Positions 57,361-64,000 of a DNA stretch of 64,000 bases are shown here, in pieces (the first letter of the stretch is position 1; every line of letters begins with the position of its first letter). Source of the stretch: a virus; the UHGV virus genome UHGV-0180032; one strand, given 5' to 3'. A model generated the notes under the pieces. That model was given only the letters and a program-made list of their open reading frames with translations. It did not search any database and was not told the DNA's origin. A program made the position numbers and the translations under genes.

Positions 57361-58191
57361 ATGGGCGAACGTTTTAACATCAACGCTATCTACAACATCG
57401 TAGTTAATCCTGGTCAACACCTGGAAGAAGTTAACGCACAACTGCGTGCTCTGAATGAGAAGGCAATACAGTTCGACGCCATTTACACAATCGGTGTAAA
57501 CCCTGGTACCAATCGTATTCGCGTGGAAGGTAAACGACACACCGGCACTCAAGAACTGGACATCGAAACGATTGAAGCACCGATTAAACTTACCGACGCC
57601 GTTTATAACGGTACTGTGATGCACACCGTGTCGGTTCCGGTCTATTCTATTGCGAACTGTGCAGAGCATGTTAAAGGTTGGTCCAAAGAACGTGGCATCC
57701 TCGATAACGGTAAACTGGAAACTCAAATCACGAAATTCTTTGAAGAGTTTGGTGAAATCGCAACAGGTATCAGTAAAAACAAACCTGAACTGATCATGGA
57801 TGGCATCGGCGATGCGTTAGTGGTTTTAGTGAACATCCTGGAACTGGGTAAAGACAAACTGTCTGGTGAAATGACAACCGCTGAAATCATCGAGCACGGT
57901 TTACAATTGCAGGTAGATGATGTCGCTGACGTTGAAGAACATTTTGATGACAACGGGTATCCACATCATTTGTATCTCCACGCTACCGAAATCTTCGCTA
58001 CCGCATTTATTCGCTCCGATGCTGGTTTCGATCAGCTTAACTGGGCTTTGTACCGCCTTGCAAAACTAGCTCTCTACTATCGTCTTGACATTCGTCATTG
58101 TTTCTCTTTAGCCTGGCACGAAATCAAAGACCGTAAAGGTTACCTGAACGCCGACGGCATCTTTGTAAAAGAAGCAGACCTGGCGAAATAA
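57361..58191 (+). CDS. mazG: MazG-like nucleotide pyrophosphohydrolase domain protein (C-terminal) with N-terminal extension
   Basis: C-terminal half has KFFEEFGEIATG...DALVVLVNILELG and ...AWHEIKDRKGY, resembling the all-alpha MazG/HisE E-x-x-E ... D-x-L motifs; GGAG RBS. Confidence 0.45.
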   Translation: MGERFNINAIYNIVVNPGQHLEEVNAQLRALNEKAIQFDAIYTIGVNPGTNRIRVEGKRHTGTQELDIETIEAPIKLTDAVYNGTVMHTVSVPVYSIANCAEHVKGWSKERGILDNGKLETQITKFFEEFGEIATGISKNKPELIMDGIGDALVVLVNILELGKDKLSGEMTTAEIIEHGLQLQVDDVADVEEHFDDNGYPHHLYLHATEIFATAFIRSDAGFDQLNWALYRLAKLALYYRLDIRHCFSLAWHEIKDRKGYLNADGIFVKEADLAK

Positions 58192-58198
58192 ATAAAAG

Positions 58199-58250
58199 TA
58201 CCTACCTCCGAAAGGAGGTAGGTTAACTTTCTTATTTTTTTTTCTTTTTT
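58199..58250. terminator. bidirectional intrinsic terminator
   Basis: TACCTACCTCC/GGAGGTAGG stem with GAAA loop followed by long T-runs; between convergent gene ends 58191 and 58249. Confidence 0.75.
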
Positions 58251-58812
58251 AGGCGTCTGGAACAATTCCAGAAGTGATATACGTCAAACCGTCAAGTTCG
58301 GTAACTTTAATCAGCTTCGAAATATCCTTACCGTCAGACGGCAGTTCAGTTAAGTACACTTCCAACTGACCTGTCCACGCCAAAGATCTCCCGTTCATGA
58401 TAATGATGGTTTTATCTCTGCTGTCTGGTGCAGCTGTTGGGTTCTCAACTTCGTCGTCCGTAATCTGTAAGTTATATTTCGTACGGAACAGTTCCAATAC
58501 TTCAGAAACAGTAGTAGCGTTCACACCTGCGACAGAGACAACGAAATCACCTAACAGATGTTCCAAATCCAACCGACGATAAATCACGTCGATATTACCA
58601 AACGTTTTCTGTTCAATAATTCCCTGGACGCTGAGTTGAGTATTTAATCGTGTAAATTGAGTTTCTGGTGTTTCTACTGCGGGGATATGTGCCGGTGTGC
58701 CGAAATTCAATTTATCGATTGTAATACCTTTCTCTACCAAACCTGGATTCTTTTTTACTAATAACTCATAAACCAGTTGTTTTCCTGATTTACCTAATAG
58801 CGTATTAGCCAT
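58249..58812 (-). CDS. hypothetical protein (187 aa), possibly virion-associated
   Basis: Minus-strand ORF at the head of the right-hand minus-strand block. Confidence 0.5.
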   Translation of the reverse strand: MANTLLGKSGKQLVYELLVKKNPGLVEKGITIDKLNFGTPAHIPAVETPETQFTRLNTQLSVQGIIEQKTFGNIDVIYRRLDLEHLLGDFVVSVAGVNATTVSEVLELFRTKYNLQITDDEVENPTAAPDSRDKTIIIMNGRSLAWTGQLEVYLTELPSDGKDISKLIKVTELDGLTYITSGIVPDA

Positions 58813-58828
58813 TATTTCCTCTCAAACA

Positions 58829-61030
58829 TTAACGTGCTTGCGGCAAGAAGATGTTCGCGATCTGGCGTGCTGGGATAACATCCAGTGCCGAGTTAATAAA
58901 ACTACCCTGTGACCACGCAGATGCCCAGTTTTGTGCCCAGATGCTCGCGTTAATCTTGGCACGCGCAATACCGTTAGTACGTTCGTACAACGTAGCACCA
59001 CCTAAACACGCCATAAATTCACTGAATTTGTTATCATCATCCCACACACCTGTGTCAGTAACAATGGGCATGTACATAACGCGAGTCAAATCACGAATAG
59101 TAACAGAGATGTCGCAAGACAATGGGACGGAGTCGCCTGGCCGCCAACCTAAACCACCCACACCGAACTGTAACGACATCGACGTTACCATTGCATTACG
59201 GAACGAGAAACGCCCTTGAGAGTAACACTCTAAGTAGAACGGGTGGGTAAAGGATTGTTTACCGGTTGCGAGCGGACACACTGCTGCAATCCAAAACGAA
59301 AGCGGAACTAACAAATCCTGGAAAATGTCCAGGTCGTTACCCGACCAACAACGTAAAGGAATGGTTAAAGTAATGTCGTCTCCTGATGCGTCAGAACTAT
59401 CCCAGACTTCTGGGAAGTCTATCACCGAGGAGTTGTACAACGACATTATCCCTGTCAAATGTAGGGTGTCTGCAACGCCTCGCATCGCTGACTTAATACC
59501 GGAAACTAAAGCATCGACCGCACTAAAACCGGTTTGTCCACCCGACAGGTTAACCTCCAACGAACGCGCTTTTGCTGTTGCGGAGTTTACCATCCCGGAA
59601 ATCTCAGGTTCTTTCGTGGAGTTGGAGAACGAACGTGAAACGGTGTCTTTACCGTCAATACGCCAAGTAACCCATTGTGAACCGTTCTTAATCTCCGACA
59701 AGACGTTATCACCAACATCAGCAACCATGTCGGTAAACTCTTTAAAGAACGTTCCTATTTTGGATTCATCTTTACCTTTGTTCATCCAATCTTGGACTTG
59801 AACGATATCACCCTCAGTAAGATCTTCTGGGTTCTTTTCATCTAACGTAGAGTTCAACTGCTTAGCTGCTGCCGCACGTTTCTCCATAGCCTGACGGGTT
59901 TTTTCCTGCTCTGACTGGATTTGTGCAGCTTGCTCTTGCAGTTCATTAGCGGTGCCACCCACCACCAGGCTATTACTCATCTGTCCGATGAGTTCGTCTT
60001 CCTGGCTGTCAATATCCTGTATCGGAGAAGCGTAACCCCCCTTTTCACTTCTGGCAACTTTTTCCAAGTTGTATAGTGAGACTTCGAACTGTTCTGCTTT
60101 TAGACGTACGTTATCGCTGTAAGTAGCATTATAGTAAAACGCACGTAAGCGACTGGCAAACAATTCTTCATCGTCGCCGGATTCTACACGAATCGCGTCG
60201 ATAGTTTTAGCCTGGTAGTTCGCCAAGGTCTGGTAACGGTTAATCATTCGGTAAATGTCAAACTCACCGTTCGCTTTCCAGACTTCGGGCAAAGATTCAT
60301 ACCACTCTTTACGATCTTTATGGTAACTATTTTCTTTACTTTCGGTATCGTAGCCCAACGCAAAAGTCCCTAACACCCCTGTAGGTACCAAACGACGGTA
60401 AATTAACTGGGTATTCAGGATGTTTTGCACTGCACGTAAGTACAGATGCATTGTGGGTTTAACGTAATAGTATCTTGACGTTTCTTTATTCAGCGCTGCC
60501 GAAAGAATCCTCGGTGTAATCAGAATCACCGCAAACGCTACAGTACCCACCGTCGCCCAAATAGCAGCCGCACCGACGTACGATGCCGCCGTTCGAATAA
60601 TTCCTGGATAGTCGCCAGTACGTGCAAGATACGCCAGGTTAGAGTCGTACATGTTCGCAAAGAACGAAGCCATACCCAGATACTTCGGTTTACCGAAACG
60701 GCAGTGGACGTAAAATGAGTTCTGGCTGATACTTTCGTAATAATACGTCCCTAAGCGATAAGACCCTGCGGCTGAGGAGTTATAAAGGGACTCGGTACCG
60801 CTCTTAGTCGCGTCGGGTTGTGCAAACGCGCCTGTTGAGGAAGGGTCTGCAAAAAGTGTAAACTGGGGCGGCGTGTTAATCGCTTTACTACCACCAACTG
60901 TGGTGTCCTCAAACGACAACATGCCACCGGAATAGCGGCGCAAGGCCAGGAAACGTTCATCTCGGCCATCGACTGCGCCATTAAATAGGTTTTTGACCCA
61001 GCTTGAGTCGTTAACTGTTCTAGCGTCCAC
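58829..61030 (-). CDS. hypothetical large protein (733 aa) with hydrophobic segment and coiled-coil
   Basis: Long minus-strand ORF; internal hydrophobic stretch GAAAIWATVGTVAFAVILITP; no enzymatic motif recognised. Confidence 0.5.
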   Translation of the reverse strand: MDARTVNDSSWVKNLFNGAVDGRDERFLALRRYSGGMLSFEDTTVGGSKAINTPPQFTLFADPSSTGAFAQPDATKSGTESLYNSSAAGSYRLGTYYYESISQNSFYVHCRFGKPKYLGMASFFANMYDSNLAYLARTGDYPGIIRTAASYVGAAAIWATVGTVAFAVILITPRILSAALNKETSRYYYVKPTMHLYLRAVQNILNTQLIYRRLVPTGVLGTFALGYDTESKENSYHKDRKEWYESLPEVWKANGEFDIYRMINRYQTLANYQAKTIDAIRVESGDDEELFASRLRAFYYNATYSDNVRLKAEQFEVSLYNLEKVARSEKGGYASPIQDIDSQEDELIGQMSNSLVVGGTANELQEQAAQIQSEQEKTRQAMEKRAAAAKQLNSTLDEKNPEDLTEGDIVQVQDWMNKGKDESKIGTFFKEFTDMVADVGDNVLSEIKNGSQWVTWRIDGKDTVSRSFSNSTKEPEISGMVNSATAKARSLEVNLSGGQTGFSAVDALVSGIKSAMRGVADTLHLTGIMSLYNSSVIDFPEVWDSSDASGDDITLTIPLRCWSGNDLDIFQDLLVPLSFWIAAVCPLATGKQSFTHPFYLECYSQGRFSFRNAMVTSMSLQFGVGGLGWRPGDSVPLSCDISVTIRDLTRVMYMPIVTDTGVWDDDNKFSEFMACLGGATLYERTNGIARAKINASIWAQNWASAWSQGSFINSALDVIPARQIANIFLPQAR

Positions 61031-61075
61031 TTTCTACCTCTTTAAAATGGGGGTGGTTTCCCACCCCCGTATGTA

Positions 61076-64000
61076 TTAACCTGCACGTCTAACGTTAAGC
61101 TGTCGTGCTGGCTGTTCAACGGACATTTGTCGTGATGCTGAACCTGCTGGTGCCGTAGGTTTAGACGATACAGTGTTTTGTACCGGCTGCGGTCGTTGTT
61201 TAAGGATCGTGACAATCTCTTTGAGATAGCCCGCCGATTCTTTTGCAACAGCCAACTGTTGAACACTAATCGGATCACCACTGCTGAGAGTAGGCCCGCT
61301 TTGTGCATCAGAAGTAACCGCAGGTGCCGGTTTGCTCGTCGCTGCTGCACGCTGCACAGCACCTTCTTTCACTTTCTCGACATCTTCTTCAGGCAACCCT
61401 TCATTTCTGGCTCCAGCTGCAACGGTCTCCCCAATCACAGAGGCATCACCGCCTGCACTACTACCGCCAGGTGACGGTACTGCTGGGCCACCACTGGTTG
61501 CGGCTTTGACGTTGTCTGCACCCATTGCACCTTTCTCTGCTAACGCATCATCACGACGCGCAGCATTCGATGCAGGTAGGTTATCAGCCGGATCAGAAAT
61601 TGATGGATCGTTAGCTGCTCCTGCTGCTACCGCCGGAGAGGAGGCAACCGCAGGCGTTAGCCCTTTCACCATGTCTTTCGTTGAAGCCGGATTAGCCGCA
61701 ATTTCGTTTGTCGCCACAGCACCCATGCGACGGTTCAGTTCATTAATAACTTCACCAACAGTACGAATACGAACAATCTGCTTGCCACGCATTTCGTAGA
61801 AGACTCCTTTATTACCTCTAAGGATTTGAGGAGTAATGCCTTCTGCTTTGTCGGCTGGCATGTTCGGATTCTGCCGCCATGCATTAAGGAACTTCTTACC
61901 ACCGCCTGGGCCCAAGAAGTGATACAGATACGCAACAGCCGGAGGCGGTTCTACACCACCCAGGTCTTTCTGCGCCTGCATGATATTATCGCGAATAAAC
62001 TGCACACCGAGAATGGTATTTGCCCACGGGTCGTACTGGTTTACTTGCGGTATACCGTACCGACGAGAATATCCTTTCATCATTCCAGACCACGTTTTGT
62101 CAATGAACTGGAACAACCCTGCTGCCGACGCACCTGGGTTCTTGACACCGTATTTGAAATCAGATTCGGCTTTCGCCATCGCGATCGCAACCGCAGGCGG
62201 AACACCTAAGGTATTTGCGACATCCGCAATCATCGCCTTAACGCCTTCTACGTTAGGTGACTCACCACTACCCAGTTTACTGATTGGGTACTTCTCAGCC
62301 AAGGTTTTGTAGTCACCCTCTTTGACGTCTCCGAGTTTAATCCCGGATTGGCCCGTAGAGAACTTCGCGTAATTGCTGATGCCCATCTCGCCCACAACTT
62401 GAGACAAGTCGCCCGGTGTACCGTAAGACGCACCACCGTTTGGCAAGTACCCATCGTTAGACGCTGTACCCCAATCAACGACACCTTTGAAACGATCTTT
62501 GGTGTCTTCGTCGGTTTGGTACATTCTCGTCGCACGATCGGCTTTCTGCCATTTCGCACGTTTACCTGCTGCTGGCGTAGACCGCAGGGTATTACGAACA
62601 GCCAGGTCAGGTTCTTTGGACAGTTCTTTCAGGTTGGCAAGTTCGGTAGCAACAGAACCTGCGTCGGTGTTTGCTTCTTCACCCAGTGGGTTGAACGGAA
62701 TCTCCCACACGGATTGACGAATACCGCCCTTCATGTTGTAAGCGCCACGAATCATCAACGCCAATTCGTACATGAACCCACCGGACACTTTCAGTTCGGT
62801 AGGGTCTGCTTGCGGAATGTAACGTTTCAGACCAACGACGTAGGTCATATACGCCGGTAAGAAACGGTTGTAGAACCAGTTCTTACAACGCTCCTCTTTA
62901 GGGCCACCTATCAGGTCAGGTGAGATAACCGCAATGGCTTCTTTCCAGTTGCCTTTATAGGTACAGTTCTTCACATCAATGTCTTTCAACACGTTCTTCT
63001 CTAACAGCGTGAAAAGATTACGCGTTGTTTGGTTGATAGTCACCGCACCGTAAGTTTTCCACCTGACCGATTCCAGGTCTTCCAAATCGCTTTTCTTCGG
63101 TAACGAATGCCAGTCAACTTGGATTTGAACCTGCTCGGTTCCGTCTTCCCATCCTTCAACTTTTGCAACTTTTTCGTTACGTTCAGCATCTGCATTCGCC
63201 AGTACCTGACTGGTTTCAGCAACAGACGCAACCTTGTGACCTTCGACGGCGTCACGCATACCCGAACGTTGTTTCCGTTTGTCGTCAGTACGCATGTTGA
63301 TTGACCGCCACACGCGTTCCTGTGCTTCGACAACCTCTTCCCCTGACAAGAACTCTGCCGGAGTAAAGGTAACGAAATCCCACGCTTTAGAGAACCAACC
63401 CTGGTTAACTTTACGCGGGTCAGTCAACGAACGGAACTCCGCAGAATCTTTACCCATCTTCATTTTGTTGTAGAGGGTAATCATATCCGCTTTCGACACT
63501 TTCTTCGGATCACCAACATCCGCTAGAGCGATATCGTTATCCATCGACTTCAGTGCTGAAATCCAGCGGAGATAAATCGGTGCGAAACGTTGTAGCATAA
63601 ACGCAGTAAATGCTAACATCTCACCACGTTCTTCTAAGTTTACACCGAACCCTTCTGCGAGTTTCTTCACGTCTTCAGAAGACAAGCCACGTAATTGTGC
63701 TTCACCCCCTTCGGTATACGAGACGTAAGGTTTCAAAGCGTCTTCTAAATAACGGGCTTTCATACCGTCTTCAGAAGACCACTGGTCGTAGTCACGGAAA
63801 CCGTACTGTGCCAGACGCATATAGTCGAGGTATTGTGCTTTCACACGGGTAGCGCATTTATACGCCCAATAACCCAGACCAGCGGCAGTCGCGCCGATCA
63901 CAATTGCAGGCCAACCCACCGCAGCCACTACCGTAGATGCAGCCGAGGCTACCGCAGTCACTGCCGGAACCGCTAAACGTTGTACGGCAAACTTACCAAC
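61076..64000 (-). CDS. virion-associated lytic transglycosylase-domain protein (5'-partial; ORF open to the window edge)
   Basis: SLT-like catalytic region ...AMAKAESDFKYGVKNPGASAAGLFQFIDKTW...; N-terminal hydrophobic segment; C-terminal Ala/Gly/Pro/Ser-rich low-complexity tail; frame has no stop between 63961 and 64000, so the true start probably lies beyond the window. Confidence 0.55.
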   Translation of the reverse strand, partial: VGKFAVQRLAVPAVTAVASAASTVVAAVGWPAIVIGATAAGLGYWAYKCATRVKAQYLDYMRLAQYGFRDYDQWSSEDGMKARYLEDALKPYVSYTEGGEAQLRGLSSEDVKKLAEGFGVNLEERGEMLAFTAFMLQRFAPIYLRWISALKSMDNDIALADVGDPKKVSKADMITLYNKMKMGKDSAEFRSLTDPRKVNQGWFSKAWDFVTFTPAEFLSGEEVVEAQERVWRSINMRTDDKRKQRSGMRDAVEGHKVASVAETSQVLANADAERNEKVAKVEGWEDGTEQVQIQVDWHSLPKKSDLEDLESVRWKTYGAVTINQTTRNLFTLLEKNVLKDIDVKNCTYKGNWKEAIAVISPDLIGGPKEERCKNWFYNRFLPAYMTYVVGLKRYIPQADPTELKVSGGFMYELALMIRGAYNMKGGIRQSVWEIPFNPLGEEANTDAGSVATELANLKELSKEPDLAVRNTLRSTPAAGKRAKWQKADRATRMYQTDEDTKDRFKGVVDWGTASNDGYLPNGGASYGTPGDLSQVVGEMGISNYAKFSTGQSGIKLGDVKEGDYKTLAEKYPISKLGSGESPNVEGVKAMIADVANTLGVPPAVAIAMAKAESDFKYGVKNPGASAAGLFQFIDKTWSGMMKGYSRRYGIPQVNQYDPWANTILGVQFIRDNIMQAQKDLGGVEPPPAVAYLYHFLGPGGGKKFLNAWRQNPNMPADKAEGITPQILRGNKGVFYEMRGKQIVRIRTVGEVINELNRRMGAVATNEIAANPASTKDMVKGLTPAVASSPAVAAGAANDPSISDPADNLPASNAARRDDALAEKGAMGADNVKAATSGGPAVPSPGGSSAGGDASVIGETVAAGARNEGLPEEDVEKVKEGAVQRAAATSKPAPAVTSDAQSGPTLSSGDPISVQQLAVAKESAGYLKEIVTILKQRPQPVQNTVSSKPTAPAGSASRQMSVEQPARQLNVRRAG

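Noticed and set aside
61332-62860. Plus-strand ORFs of 155 and 170 aa (61332-61799, 62348-62860) opposite the SLT-domain gene
   Set aside because: They are antisense to a 961-aa ORF carrying a recognisable catalytic motif; their Arg/Ala-rich composition is typical of the antisense frame of a GC-richer gene.
1-64000. CRISPR arrays, tRNA or rRNA genes, integrase or transposase
   Set aside because: No regularly spaced direct repeats, no cloverleaf-like conserved T-loop sequences in intergenic regions, and no recombinase or transposase motifs were seen by eye.

Overview
The window reads as a double-stranded DNA bacteriophage segment, probably from a large T4-like myovirus; no homology search was possible, so every functional call rests on motifs read directly from the translations. 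Positions 319-15357 (minus strand) carry four consecutive large genes (401, 1728, 1394 and 1440 aa) that share an N-terminal domain and look like tail fibre or tailspike proteins. Positions 18.5-58.2 kb are a dense, mostly plus-strand block of small genes punctuated by many hairpin-plus-T-run terminators. Recognisable products in that block are a Rad50/gp46-like ATPase, a UvsX/RecA-like recombinase, a DEDDh exonuclease, an RNase HI fusion, a thymidylate-synthase homolog with two large insertions, a MazG-like domain, a GNAT-like protein, a macro-domain candidate and a secreted lytic transglycosylase. Positions 58.2-64.0 kb return to the minus strand with virion-type genes, including a large protein with a transglycosylase domain that runs off the window edge. 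The candidates I consider most likely to be novel are a cluster of five secreted proteins containing an Ivy-like lysozyme/transglycosylase-inhibitor candidate (22505-24714), a GNAT-to-macro-domain island (29025-30710), a HEPN-like membrane-anchored protein (53964-54512), several tandem paralog families, and a recurring 23-bp promoter-like motif. No rRNA, tRNA, CRISPR array or transposase was seen.
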